Position numbers and translations under genes: made by a program
Shown here: in pieces, positions 31,990-42,535 of the stretch
How the letters are laid out: the number at the start of each line of letters is the position of its first letter
Position numbering within the stretch: position 1 is the stretch's first letter
The notes under the pieces: model-generated
The model's input: only the letters and a program-made list of their open reading frames with translations
Databases searched by the model: none
What the model was told of the DNA's origin: nothing
DNA from: Bacilli bacterium
Lineage (GTDB): Bacteria > Bacillota_I > Bacilli_A > RFN20 > CAG-826
Assembly (NCBI GenBank): GCA_050952805.1
Contig: JBMNLM010000001.1
Span: forward strand, 285,741-349,740
Direction: 5' to 3'
Length of the DNA: 64,000 nucleotides

Positions 31990-32317
31990 AATTATTACCT
32001 CCAATCCTTAATTTTAGGGAGGGAAACCAATATTTTTGATTTCCAAGCCTATTATAATGAAATAATTTAAATTGCAAAATATTTCGCTTATTTTGAAAGC
32101 ACTTTCAAAAAAAGTACGCATATATTCGATACTTTTTTACTCGAAATTTCAAACTTTTACTGTTTTTAGAGTGTATAAATACATGAAAAATAATGTAATC
32201 TAGCCTAAATTTACGTGTTTTTTCCGCTTTTTTTACGAATTTTTTACATTTTTTTACGCATCTATGATTAAAATTAGCCCTCGTTTTAGGTAAAATAAGA
32301 CTTGGAGGTAATCTAAA

Positions 32318-32851
32318 ATGAACGATAAACACATTGGAAAAATAATAATTAACGAAGAACAAATTATTAAAAGATGTAGAGAACTCGGAGAAGAAATAAC
32401 TAATGACTATAAAGATAAAGAGCCTGTAATTGTCGGCTTATTAACAGGTTCTGTTCCTTTTGTTGCAGAACTTATTAAACATATTAATGTCCCAATGACA
32501 ATAGATTTTATGAATGTTAAAAGCTATAGCGGTAACATTCAACAAGATAAACTAGCTTTCATTCATGATGTGACTGTAGATCTTGTTAACCAAGATGTCA
32601 TCATCGTTGATGATATCGCTGATAGTGGTCTTACCCTAACTGCAATAATTGAACACATTAAAAGAAAAGGCGCAAAAACGATTAAAGTATGCTGCCTCTT
32701 AAATAAAAAAGGACCAAAGGCCCATCCTGTTAACGTCGATTATATTGGTTTTAATATCGAATCAGGATTTTTAATTGGCTTTGGTCTAGATTTTCATGGG
32801 TTATATCGAAACTTACCCTTTATTGCTGAATTCAATTTTGATGAAGATTAA
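32318..32851 (+). CDS. hpt: Hypoxanthine phosphoribosyltransferase
   Basis: VIIVDDIADSGLT PRPP loop; F.IGFGLD...YRNLP. Confidence 0.93.
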   Translation: MNDKHIGKIIINEEQIIKRCRELGEEITNDYKDKEPVIVGLLTGSVPFVAELIKHINVPMTIDFMNVKSYSGNIQQDKLAFIHDVTVDLVNQDVIIVDDIADSGLTLTAIIEHIKRKGAKTIKVCCLLNKKGPKAHPVNVDYIGFNIESGFLIGFGLDFHGLYRNLPFIAEFNFDED

Positions 32852-33810
32852 TCTTCTAAAACTTCATACATTGTCGATAAGCTACCATGATTTTCAATTA
32901 AAGTAATTGCTTTAGCAAGAAGCGGGGCAATTGATAAAACCGTAATCTTACGGTTTTTCTTTTCTTCTGGTAGCGTTATAGAATCGGTAATAACGAGTTC
33001 TTTAATGTTGCTATTTGCGACTTTATCGCTTGCGTCTTGACTTAGTACACCGTGCGAGGCACAGACATAAACTTCTTTTGCGCCTGCTTTTAAAAGCATG
33101 TCTGTCGCGGCGACTAGCGTATTTGCCGTATCGATAATATCATCGACTAAAATCGCTGTTTTTCCTTCGACGTTACCGATTAAGTTCATCTTTTCGACTT
33201 GATTAGCATATCTTCTAAACTTATCGATAACAGCGATGTCACGAACTTGAAGTTCATTTGCAAGATTTCTTGCTCGTTGCGTTCCCCCGTGATCTGGAGA
33301 GACAATAACAGTATTCTTTAAATCTATATCTTTATTAGCGCGATAGTGCTTTGCAAAAAGCTTAATCGCACTTAAGTCATCTACTGGGCACGTAAAGAAA
33401 CCTTGGATTTGCGTTACGTGAAGGTCTAGAATCATAACGTGTTGGGCACCGGCTTGTTGAAGCATATCAGCGACAAGACGTGCCGTAATTGGTTCGCGTG
33501 GTTTACTTTTTCTATCTTGTCTAGCGTAGCCATAATAAGGAATAATAACGTTAATCGTTTTAGCACTTGCTCTTCTTAAACCATCAAGAAAGATTAATAA
33601 TTCAAAAAGGCGTTCTGTCGCAGGAGCACACGTTGATTGAATAACATAAACATTTTTCCCGCGCACTGTCGTATAGTTTTCAACAATTATTTCGCCATCT
33701 GCAAAATGTTTAATTTCATTATTTCCAATTGGATAGCCACTAAGGCGGCTAACTTCCTTAGTTAATTCAATATTTGAACTTAAAGAGTACAAAATTGCGT
33801 TGTTTTTCAT
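32848..33810 (-). CDS. prs: Ribose-phosphate pyrophosphokinase
   Basis: FADGE, PYYGYARQDRK, VSPDHGG, DDIIDT. Confidence 0.97.
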   Translation of the reverse strand: MKNNAILYSLSSNIELTKEVSRLSGYPIGNNEIKHFADGEIIVENYTTVRGKNVYVIQSTCAPATERLFELLIFLDGLRRASAKTINVIIPYYGYARQDRKSKPREPITARLVADMLQQAGAQHVMILDLHVTQIQGFFTCPVDDLSAIKLFAKHYRANKDIDLKNTVIVSPDHGGTQRARNLANELQVRDIAVIDKFRRYANQVEKMNLIGNVEGKTAILVDDIIDTANTLVAATDMLLKAGAKEVYVCASHGVLSQDASDKVANSNIKELVITDSITLPEEKKNRKITVLSIAPLLAKAITLIENHGSLSTMYEVLED

Positions 33811-33819
33811 ATTTCCCTC

Positions 33820-34446
33820 CTATTTTGTCCCAAATATACGGTCACCAGCATCGCCTAGGCCTGGGATAACGTAGCCGTGTTCATTTAGCTTTTCATCAAT
33901 ATTTGCTAAATAAATATTAATATCAGGATGTTCGTTTTTGATATTTTCTAATCCGCTAGGAGCAGCGATTAGAGCAATAACAATAATATCATTATAACCA
34001 TCTTTCTTTAAGGCGCTTATCGCATCACATATTGAATTCCCCGTTGCAATCATTGGATCAAGAATGATAATTTTTCCATCTAAACGATTTTGGGGCATTT
34101 TGTAGTAGTAACGTACTGGTTTTAGTGTCTTTTCATCGCGATAAAGACCAATATGACCAACTTTTATCGTTGGAATTAAGTTTGTTAGACCACGTACCAT
34201 ACCTAGACCAGCACGAAGTATTGGAAGAGCAACGACTTCTTTCTCTAATTTATAAATAGGCACAGTGCTGCCGGTTGGTGTTTTTGCTTCTTCGCTAGTA
34301 ATAAGAGAAATATCGCTGAAAGCTTCGTAAGTTAGAAGCATCGTAATTTCTTCTAAAAGTTCGCGAAAGAGCTTATCGTTCGTATTTTCATCTCGAAGTA
34401 ATGATAGTTTTAGTTTAATTAACGGGTGTTTACTCTCATATACCAT
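33820..34446 (-). CDS. upp: Uracil phosphoribosyltransferase
   Basis: PILRAGLGM, LDPMIATG, PGLGDAGDRIFGT. Confidence 0.97.
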   Translation of the reverse strand: MVYESKHPLIKLKLSLLRDENTNDKLFRELLEEITMLLTYEAFSDISLITSEEAKTPTGSTVPIYKLEKEVVALPILRAGLGMVRGLTNLIPTIKVGHIGLYRDEKTLKPVRYYYKMPQNRLDGKIIILDPMIATGNSICDAISALKKDGYNDIIVIALIAAPSGLENIKNEHPDINIYLANIDEKLNEHGYVIPGLGDAGDRIFGTK

Positions 34447-34449
34447 TAT

Positions 34450-35634
34450 TTATTCCTCCTTTTCCCCAAAGTGTGAAAAATAATTTTGTATTAAGACAAA
34501 AGGTGTTCCTTTGTCACCACTTCCCATAACTAAGTCAGATAGTGAGCCAAGAAGGTTAGCAAATCTTCTTGGTGTTGTTCCTAAGTAACTTTGGTTTTTA
34601 GTTGCGTTTTTTTCTATTTCTTCTTTTAAAGCAAGTTCTAATTCTTCACCTTTTAAATCTTTAAATTTATCGTCAAGAAGATTTTTAAGTTTTACTTCGG
34701 TTGGGTAAAGAGCAAGGCGCGGTGTATATGCTAACCCTACGACTGGATCTGCTAGTTCCCAAATTTTTGTTTCTGGATCTTTATAGGCCCCATCTCCAAA
34801 AGCAAGAACTTCAACATCAACGCCAAATTCTTCCCTTATAGCTTTTTGGACACCGTTAACAATTTCCTTACTGTTTCTAGGGAATAATTTTAGGAGATCA
34901 TCGCTTGCTTTATTAGCACCTAAAACGCCAAATTGTTCATTATAGCCGTGTTTTGTTGTGGTTTTGTTTAAAATTTCATCTAATGTTAGTACGTTTGAAC
35001 TAGGTTCAATCTCCTTTAATTCATCTTTTAGTTCCTTACGATTATGTACGCTAGAAATTAGAATATCATTCGTGTATTTTAAAATTGTTTCTACATTATT
35101 TGAGAAAATAATCCGCGGTTTCGCGCCAGCTTTTTTAATTGTTTCTAAATACAAATCAACATAATTAACACCCGTAATAGGGTGAGAACTTTCACCAAAG
35201 AGCTCCTTAAATTCCTCTAATGTCAGTTCATCTCTATATGGATTTATATTCGTTTTTCTTAGCTTATCTTCGCTAAATAAAGCATTTCCTACCTCATCAC
35301 TTGGATAATTTAAGACAAGCGTTACTTCATTTGCACCTAGCGCAATGCCGCGTAAGATCGTTTCAAAACGATTCCTAGAAAAGATAGGAAAACATACTCC
35401 AACATGACCTGATTTAAATTTTTCTTTTACGTCACTTGCGATATTAAAAACAGAAGCGTAATTATTATCGCTTCGTGCGATTACAGCTTCTGTTATACAT
35501 ATAATGTCATTATTTTGTAGTTTATAGTTGTTTTGTAAGGTGTCGCTTTTAATTGCTTCAACGACAATTGAAACAAGATCATCACCAGCCCTTATTAGAG
35601 GGGCTTTAATACCTCTTGCAATTACTCCCGCCAT
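34450..35634 (-). CDS. CofE-like (F420-0:gamma-glutamyl ligase family) protein
   Basis: N-terminal 'GIKAPLIRAGDDL...DIICITEAVIAR'; C-terminal 'GTTPRR..LLGSLSDL..GSGDKGTP..LIQNYF'. Confidence 0.75.
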   Translation of the reverse strand: MAGVIARGIKAPLIRAGDDLVSIVVEAIKSDTLQNNYKLQNNDIICITEAVIARSDNNYASVFNIASDVKEKFKSGHVGVCFPIFSRNRFETILRGIALGANEVTLVLNYPSDEVGNALFSEDKLRKTNINPYRDELTLEEFKELFGESSHPITGVNYVDLYLETIKKAGAKPRIIFSNNVETILKYTNDILISSVHNRKELKDELKEIEPSSNVLTLDEILNKTTTKHGYNEQFGVLGANKASDDLLKLFPRNSKEIVNGVQKAIREEFGVDVEVLAFGDGAYKDPETKIWELADPVVGLAYTPRLALYPTEVKLKNLLDDKFKDLKGEELELALKEEIEKNATKNQSYLGTTPRRFANLLGSLSDLVMGSGDKGTPFVLIQNYFSHFGEKEE

Positions 35635-35766
35635 AATTTTTCCCTTCGTTGTTATTCTAACATAAATTAAGGTAGTTGTAGTGTAAAATTTATGTAAATT
35701 TTATTTACTAAAATAATATCAAAACACTGTGTTGTTGCCGAGAAAACCTTGCAAAATAGGGTTATT

Positions 35767-36027
35767 TTAGTCTAAACGTTCAAAAAGTTGTTCTAATTCT
35801 TCTATCTTACTATCGATGTCACCATCAGTTAGAGAGTTTCGAACACAGTTTTGTAAGTGGTTAGAAATAATTAGGTGATTTGCTTTTTTAAGTAGAGCAA
35901 TCGCGGCCATGATTTGATTTGAAATATCAATACAATATTTATCTTCATCAATCATTTGTTTAATACCGTTAATTTGCCCATTTGCGATATTTAAATAAGT
36001 GTGCAGTTGTTTTTTGTCTTTAAGCAT
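35767..36027 (-). CDS. csoR: CsoR/RcnR-family metal-sensing repressor
   Basis: 'GQINGI..MI.EDKYCIDI..QI.A...HLQNCV'. Confidence 0.9.
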   Translation of the reverse strand: MLKDKKQLHTYLNIANGQINGIKQMIDEDKYCIDISNQIMAAIALLKKANHLIISNHLQNCVRNSLTDGDIDSKIEELEQLFERLD

Positions 36028-38266
36028 GGTGATGATTCTCCTTTATTAATTTATTAAACTTTGTTGCATTTATTGTAGCACTCGTAATGATAATAAAGAT
36101 ACCTGAAAGCGCCATAGCTAGACTTGCAATCATTGGATTAATCTTAAATCCAGTGAATGGATAAAGAACGCCAGCGGCAATTGGTATCATAAGTCCGTTA
36201 TAAAAGAAAGCCCAGAAGAGATTCCACTTAATGTTATTAACGACTTTCTTACCAAAAGCAAATGTGCGATTTATGTCTAATAAGGAATCGCGCATAATGA
36301 TAATATCCGCACTTGCAATTGCTACTTCGGTTCCGTTACCAATTGCAATTCCTAAATAGGCAGTTTCTAGTGCAGGAGCATCGTTAATGCCATCGCCAAC
36401 CATAGCAACTTTTCGACCTTCTTCTTCAAGATTCTTAATGAGTTTTGCCTTATCTCCTGGCAATAACCCTGCAAAAACAGTCTTAATCCCAATATTGTTT
36501 GCGACTTCTCTTGCAACGTCGTCATGGTCACCGGTCATCATAATGACATCTATTCCTACCTTATGAAAATTCGCGACCATTTGTTGTGCTTCATAGTGAA
36601 TTTCATCTTTTAAGACAAAAGTTCCTAAGTATTTACCGTTTTTAGCTATATGAATATATGTTCCTATTTTCTTAGGAGCATTTATTTTTAATTCGTGATT
36701 ATTAAAGAGAACTTCATTACCAATTAAATAGTCATTTTTGCCACTAGTTGCATGTATCCCTTCACCAGGAAAATAGTCAAATACATCGATTTTGCGCGGT
36801 TTAACCGTAAAATGTTCACTTAAATAGTTTTTTAGTGCTGTAGCAAGTGGGTGATTGTTAAGTGATTCAATGCTATATAAATCATCAACAATCTCTGCTA
36901 AATCTTCATCGCTTAATGTAACTTCAGTGACGCTAAGATTACCATAAGTCACTGTTCCAGTCTTATCAAAGACAATCGTGTCGACCTTACTTAGTTTTTC
37001 TATCGCTAAAGCGTTTTTTATTAAAATTCCATTCTTAGCGGCCTTACTTGCCCCACTCATTACGGCAATTGGTGTAGCTAGACCTAAAGAACATGGACAA
37101 GAAATAACTAGTACTGATATAGCCATATTAAAGGCAAGTTCAACACTAGATAGACTCGCCCATAAAATAAACGTAACAATTGAGATCCCTAAAACGATAA
37201 ACGTAAATACTCCAGCAATTTTATCGGCAAGACGCGATAGTGGCGCTTTACTATTACTTGCTTCATGAACTAATTTAATAATTTGTTGAACTGTCGTATC
37301 AGTACTACTTTTAGTAACTACAAAAAGAAACGATCCAGTAAGGTTCATTGTCGCACCAATTACTTCATCGCCTTCTTTTTTAAGAATTAAGGCGCTTTCT
37401 CCAGTAATTGCCGCCTCATCTACTTCTCCATAGCCACTAATGACTTTTCCATCTAGAGGAATTATTTCGCCAGGATTAACGCGAATAATGTCACCAATTT
37501 CAATTTCATCTACTTTTGTTTCAATAAAGTCATCACCAACTTGTTTAAAGCCAGTTTGTGGAACTAAGGCTAAGAGTTCTTCATAACTACTTTTTGTATT
37601 CATTAGAGCAATACTTTCTAAGAAATTACCAAGAGCAACGTGAACGAGAATCATCCCTGCCGCTTCAAGATAGACATTATTAGCAAAGCGATTAACTAAT
37701 TCTTCGTTTCCAGTACTTACACCAACTATTACATTAATATAAGCGTAGAGACCGTATAATATTGAACTCGTAACGCCAATTGTCGTAAGACTTTCCATTG
37801 TCGGTCGTAGTTTTATTAAGTTTTTAAAGCCAATAACAAAATCTTTGTAATAGATTATGGAAATGATAATTACAAAAACAAGTTGAATTGATAATCCTGT
37901 AATTGGACTTTTAAAGATTTTCGGAAGGCCAATCATTTCGCCCATTGCTAAAAACATTACAATTAGTAAAAGGACAGCGGAGACAATTAATTTTGTTAAT
38001 TCTTTCTTATCAAAATTATGATTATGCTCATGCTCATGAGCGTGACTTTTGTCCTCGGTGTTTTTTAGCACTGCCTTAAAGCCTAGGTCTTTTGATACGC
38101 TAACGATTGCATCGTGGTCAGCATCTTTTTTAAACGTAACGTTAAGTTCGTTAGTCATAAAATTAACTTTTGCTTTTTTAACGTTTGGAAGCTTATTAAC
38201 TGAACTTTCTAGGTTATTACTACAGCCAACACAGTGCATTCCGGTAATTTCATAAATATATGTCAT
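36020..38266 (-). CDS. copA: Copper-translocating P1B ATPase
   Basis: HMA GMHCVGC, TGES, CPC, DKTGT, GDGINDAP, YN; start moved to MTYIY. Confidence 0.92.
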   Translation of the reverse strand: MTYIYEITGMHCVGCSNNLESSVNKLPNVKKAKVNFMTNELNVTFKKDADHDAIVSVSKDLGFKAVLKNTEDKSHAHEHEHNHNFDKKELTKLIVSAVLLLIVMFLAMGEMIGLPKIFKSPITGLSIQLVFVIIISIIYYKDFVIGFKNLIKLRPTMESLTTIGVTSSILYGLYAYINVIVGVSTGNEELVNRFANNVYLEAAGMILVHVALGNFLESIALMNTKSSYEELLALVPQTGFKQVGDDFIETKVDEIEIGDIIRVNPGEIIPLDGKVISGYGEVDEAAITGESALILKKEGDEVIGATMNLTGSFLFVVTKSSTDTTVQQIIKLVHEASNSKAPLSRLADKIAGVFTFIVLGISIVTFILWASLSSVELAFNMAISVLVISCPCSLGLATPIAVMSGASKAAKNGILIKNALAIEKLSKVDTIVFDKTGTVTYGNLSVTEVTLSDEDLAEIVDDLYSIESLNNHPLATALKNYLSEHFTVKPRKIDVFDYFPGEGIHATSGKNDYLIGNEVLFNNHELKINAPKKIGTYIHIAKNGKYLGTFVLKDEIHYEAQQMVANFHKVGIDVIMMTGDHDDVAREVANNIGIKTVFAGLLPGDKAKLIKNLEEEGRKVAMVGDGINDAPALETAYLGIAIGNGTEVAIASADIIIMRDSLLDINRTFAFGKKVVNNIKWNLFWAFFYNGLMIPIAAGVLYPFTGFKINPMIASLAMALSGIFIIITSATINATKFNKLIKENHHHA

Positions 38267-38282
38267 AAATGCCTCTTTAAAT

Positions 38283-38299
38283 ACACCCCCACGGGGTGT
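38283..38299. promoter_or_regulatory. Putative CsoR operator
   Basis: GC-rich palindrome ACACCCC-CAC-GGGGTGT between TGcTAAAAT (-10) and the copA RBS; CsoR operators are C/G-tract palindromes. Confidence 0.7.
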
Positions 38300-38356
38300 C
38301 CTACAATATTTTAGCACTTTTAAATAAAATGCATAGAAAAACGATATAATAAATTT

Positions 38357-39568
38357 ATGCAGTCACTAAAAGAATTTTATTTAATTGGACCTGGACCTAG
38401 TAGTTCACATACGATTGGACCATATCGCGCGAGTCAAGAGTTTTTAAAAGAGGCGGAAAATGTAGCCTTTAATCGCGTTGAAGTTACATTATTTGGCTCA
38501 CTTACGTTTACAGGCAAAGGCCATAAAACTGATGACATTATTTTAAAAGTATTTAAAGACTATCCGACAAATATCATTTTCGATTATCAAACAAAGACTA
38601 AGCATCCGAATACTTTTAAAATTAATGCTTTCTTAGATGAATTACTCGTTTTATCAAAAACTTATGTTTCTACTGGTGGCGGAAGTTTTAACGAACTAGG
38701 TAGAGAAACTCCAATTGATAAAAGAATATACCCATTTAAGTCATTTGAAGAAATAAAAACTTATATGAATGAAGAAAACATTGAAACACTCGATAAGTTT
38801 GTGGATAAATTTGAACCTGATCTTAATTCATATTTAGAAAAAGTTCTCGAAGTTATGTTTAATAGCGTTGAACTTGGCATTTCTACTGATGGTTTTCTCT
38901 ATGCTTCTAAAACTCTACAAGTTAAGCGCGTTGCAAAAGACATGTATTTAGAAGCATTAAGCTTAGATGATCTAGAAAAGCAACATCTCTTGCTTGCAAG
39001 TTTTGCTTACGCTGTTGCAGAAGTTAACGCCGCACAAGGTCTAATCGTTACCGCACCTACTTGTGGTAGTAGCGGTATCCTTCCAAGTATTCTCTACTAT
39101 GCCCACAAATATCAAAATATTCCAAAAGAAAAATTAATAAACGCTCTTAAAGTTGCAGGAATTATCGGAAATCTTTTTAAACATAACGCCTCAATTAGCG
39201 GCGCTGTACACGGCTGCCAAGCTGAAATTGGTGTTGCGACAACGATGGGCGCAGTCGCACTTGCTAGTATTAATAACCTTTCGCTTTATGCTCTTGAATA
39301 CGCCGCGGAAGTCGCGCTTGAACACGCTCTAGGACTAACTTGCGATCCAGTTGATGGATATGTTGTCATTCCTTGTATTGAACGAAATGGCGTCTTTGTA
39401 ATTCGTGCAGTTAGTAGCTACCTCCTTGCTAAAAACGTCTCAAAACTCCGCAAAAACAGGGTATCCTTAGATAATATTATTGAAACAATGAAAATAACAG
39501 GTGACGCAATTCATCCTTATTACCGTGAAACGAGTAAAGGTGGCTTAGCAAAAATAATTAAAGATTGA
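38357..39568 (+). CDS. sdaA: L-serine ammonia-lyase, Fe-S, single chain
   Basis: IGPGPSSSHT.GP, TAPTCGSSG, ISGA..GCQAE, LGLTCDP..G.V..PCIERN. Confidence 0.93.
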   Translation: MQSLKEFYLIGPGPSSSHTIGPYRASQEFLKEAENVAFNRVEVTLFGSLTFTGKGHKTDDIILKVFKDYPTNIIFDYQTKTKHPNTFKINAFLDELLVLSKTYVSTGGGSFNELGRETPIDKRIYPFKSFEEIKTYMNEENIETLDKFVDKFEPDLNSYLEKVLEVMFNSVELGISTDGFLYASKTLQVKRVAKDMYLEALSLDDLEKQHLLLASFAYAVAEVNAAQGLIVTAPTCGSSGILPSILYYAHKYQNIPKEKLINALKVAGIIGNLFKHNASISGAVHGCQAEIGVATTMGAVALASINNLSLYALEYAAEVALEHALGLTCDPVDGYVVIPCIERNGVFVIRAVSSYLLAKNVSKLRKNRVSLDNIIETMKITGDAIHPYYRETSKGGLAKIIKD

Positions 39569-39652
39569 TATCTTTTTTACGCTTTTAGAAAAGAAAAATG
39601 TAGCTAAATTTTAGCTACATTTTTTTAATAAATTAGTGACTAAGTATAAAGT

Positions 39653-41011
39653 TTAAAGAGTCAATTCAAGAACCTTTAGTTTTGTTGCATGATAGAAAAG
39701 ACCTACCATTTGCCAACTATCTTCGTAGATTGGCGATATTTCTAGATTTATTTCAATCGCTAAATTAACGTCTCTATCTTCTGATTCATTAATAAAGTAA
39801 ACCATGTCTTCACCGTCTTTAAATAGACGAACATTATTAGGAAGGTTAGTAACGTTTTCATAGACATCGCTAAGATCAATGAAATCTTCATAGAAATCGT
39901 AGTAGGAAACAAATTCCCCATCTTCCTCCCCGTAAGAGTCTGCCCCCATAGAAATTATCATATTCATCGCCGATTTACTTGCAAGTGTTACATTAGTAAA
40001 TTGTACCGTTAGTTTCATTGTTCCATCTTCTTCGATACTGGCGTTTTCAAAACTAGCATAAGGCCCAGATAATGAAGGGGTTTTAATAACAACGGGTTTA
40101 CCGTTTAAATCACTAGTTAAAGCATAACGTTTAGTCCTTGCAGTTTGGGAACCAGAATTAAGATAAAAACTTGGGAAGGTATCGGCAATTTGCTTAGTAT
40201 TCTCGTAAATTGACTTTTCTCCATAAGTAAACGTGATTGTTTCTCTTTCTTTGTCCCTTAATGTAATCTTACTCTTGTTAGTAATCGGATCTTCGCTATA
40301 CATCGAGCGATATTCGTATTCACGTACATAATTTAAGAGTTCGTAATTTTTATTATATTTAGATATGTATCGCGATTTTTTGTAAGTGCTCTCTTTCATG
40401 TAAGTTTCGTAATTAAGTTTTTCGCTAGCTTCAATTAAATAATAATAGCCATCACTTGCAAGCGCTAGTGTCTTAGAATCATAAATATTATCACTAGGAA
40501 AATATTTTTTTAAAATATCATCGAAAACAATATCGTAAAATTCCTCGTCTTCTTCAAGTTCACTTTGCGAATAATGTCTATCTACATCTTCGCCTGAACC
40601 ATTATCATAGTAGTGTTTTCGATAAATGATGCCATTTTCTTCAAAGATAAGGATTTCGCTATTTCCTTTATCTTTAAGTACTACATTATTATCATTAATT
40701 TCGTATTCACTTAATCCTTTATATTCATAAGCATTTTCATAAATTGTATACGTTTTTTTGTATTCGCTTTCGTCTTTATAATGCATGTCAGGATCATGTT
40801 CGTATTCACTTTCTTCGAATTTAACACTATTAATCTCTTTTGCTTTGTCTCTAGCTTTTGTTAAAAACTCAACCGTTTCGATTGGATTTAGTGTTTCCTC
40901 TATCGTGATTTTGTCGGGAACAACGTCTTTTTTAGGACTAAAACTACAACCGCTTAATAAAATTAAAAACGGTAAGATTAGTCCTTTTAATTTATATTTA
41001 TTTCTTTTCAT
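39653..41011 (-). CDS. Lipoprotein of unknown function, paralog A
   Basis: Lipobox LLSGC; shares PDKITIEE, LA.DGYYY and KYNK.YELL with the neighbour. Confidence 0.75.
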   Translation of the reverse strand: MKRNKYKLKGLILPFLILLSGCSFSPKKDVVPDKITIEETLNPIETVEFLTKARDKAKEINSVKFEESEYEHDPDMHYKDESEYKKTYTIYENAYEYKGLSEYEINDNNVVLKDKGNSEILIFEENGIIYRKHYYDNGSGEDVDRHYSQSELEEDEEFYDIVFDDILKKYFPSDNIYDSKTLALASDGYYYLIEASEKLNYETYMKESTYKKSRYISKYNKNYELLNYVREYEYRSMYSEDPITNKSKITLRDKERETITFTYGEKSIYENTKQIADTFPSFYLNSGSQTARTKRYALTSDLNGKPVVIKTPSLSGPYASFENASIEEDGTMKLTVQFTNVTLASKSAMNMIISMGADSYGEEDGEFVSYYDFYEDFIDLSDVYENVTNLPNNVRLFKDGEDMVYFINESEDRDVNLAIEINLEISPIYEDSWQMVGLFYHATKLKVLELTL

Positions 41012-41045
41012 CTTTTTACTCCTAATTTTTGTTAATCTTTACGAC

Positions 41046-42392
41046 TTATTGAATGATATAGGCAGTAATATCACTAACTTCGGTAATTAAGGATTCGCCT
41101 AGAGTTCCGTCTTCTTTTACATCGGCTTGATAATAAACGCTAAAAGCTAGTCGAAGCCACGTGCTGTAGTCACTTTCTTCACTAACGTTAGCAATATAAG
41201 TATCACCTTCTTCATCAGTTAAGATTTGATAATGTTCTGGTAGGCCATTTATATTCTCGATAACTAATACGCCTTCAGGATCACTAGTAACGTTAGCAGG
41301 AACGTTATCTTCAACTTTAAATCGTGTCGCCTCGGAGCTATAAACAAATTTAATTGCGTCTCCATTCCTAATTCTTGAGGTTGAAGTAAAATATGTTTCT
41401 AAAATACTTCCGTCTTCATATATCGTTCTACTTAAATTATCAATCGGATTGAAGAATGGATAATTATCAACGATAATTTTCGGATTACCTTCAGCATCAA
41501 AATCAACATAGTGCCTTTCAAAGTACAAATCCAAGTAAGAGATTTGATAATCGGGGAAACTATTAATTTTTTCATTTAATTTTGGATAGGCATCTTTTGG
41601 CCCATAAGTAAATAAAAGTGTGATATCAGATTCCCTAGTTATTGGAATATCTTTATAGTTTTCAATTACGTTATTAGAATCACGTTCCCGTTTTTCTCTA
41701 ATTTCTTTTGCCCCTAGAAGCTCGTAATCTTTGTTATATTTAATGACTGATTTTTCTTTTGTATAGTAGTTTCTAACGCCATTATATAGATTTGTAACGC
41801 CTTTTTCTTCTTTGACCTTCATTGCGTAGTAATAGCCATCAGTTGCTAAATAAAGGTTATAATCATCTAGATTAAAATATCCATCTAAATATTCTTCGTA
41901 AAAAGCATTAAACGCGTCATTTTCTTCATCAATTGCCGTTAACGTATGTTTTCTGTTATCGAAGTTTTTTGATGACGTAACTCTTTCGTAATACGTTACA
42001 CCTTTATAATCAATGTAATAACTACTAAGTTCCTCGGTTACTTTAAATTTTGCATAACTTTCGTCGAATATATTCTCGTTAGTCATTGCAACTTCAATAG
42101 CTTCAGTGTAAAGATTTGCACTCATTTCTGATTTAAACGTCGTTTTGCCATCTAAATCGACTTCATACATTGTAACCTCATCACTTTCCTTAACTTCTTT
42201 TAAAGTTTCTTTCGCGACTTTTTTAACTTCTGTTAGAAATAGAAGTTTTTCAAAATCATTTAATTCCTCTTCAATCGTGATTTTGTCAGGAATTTTCGGG
42301 CCTTTGTTACCTCCGCCGCTAATGTTACAGCCACTTAACACAAGTAAAAATGGCAACAGCAATGTTGCACCTAAATGCAATTTCTTTTTCAT
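41046..42392 (-). CDS. Lipoprotein of unknown function, paralog B
   Basis: Lipobox VLSGC; same shared motifs. Confidence 0.75.
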   Translation of the reverse strand: MKKKLHLGATLLLPFLLVLSGCNISGGGNKGPKIPDKITIEEELNDFEKLLFLTEVKKVAKETLKEVKESDEVTMYEVDLDGKTTFKSEMSANLYTEAIEVAMTNENIFDESYAKFKVTEELSSYYIDYKGVTYYERVTSSKNFDNRKHTLTAIDEENDAFNAFYEEYLDGYFNLDDYNLYLATDGYYYAMKVKEEKGVTNLYNGVRNYYTKEKSVIKYNKDYELLGAKEIREKRERDSNNVIENYKDIPITRESDITLLFTYGPKDAYPKLNEKINSFPDYQISYLDLYFERHYVDFDAEGNPKIIVDNYPFFNPIDNLSRTIYEDGSILETYFTSTSRIRNGDAIKFVYSSEATRFKVEDNVPANVTSDPEGVLVIENINGLPEHYQILTDEEGDTYIANVSEESDYSTWLRLAFSVYYQADVKEDGTLGESLITEVSDITAYIIQ

Positions 42393-42535
42393 ATATTATT
42401 CTCCTGTTTAGAGTAAGTTTTAACTTAGTTAAAACGCCTCCCTTGTTATAAACTTATAGTAGCATACTTTCTTTTATTTTAAAAATACCCCTCAAGATAG
42501 TAAGAGGGGTATTATTTCTAAATGTTTGTTTTTTT

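Noticed and set aside
32105-32362. 85-aa ORF in the divergent hpt promoter region
   Set aside because: Low-complexity K/F-rich translation of AT-rich intergenic DNA; overlaps the hpt RBS and start.
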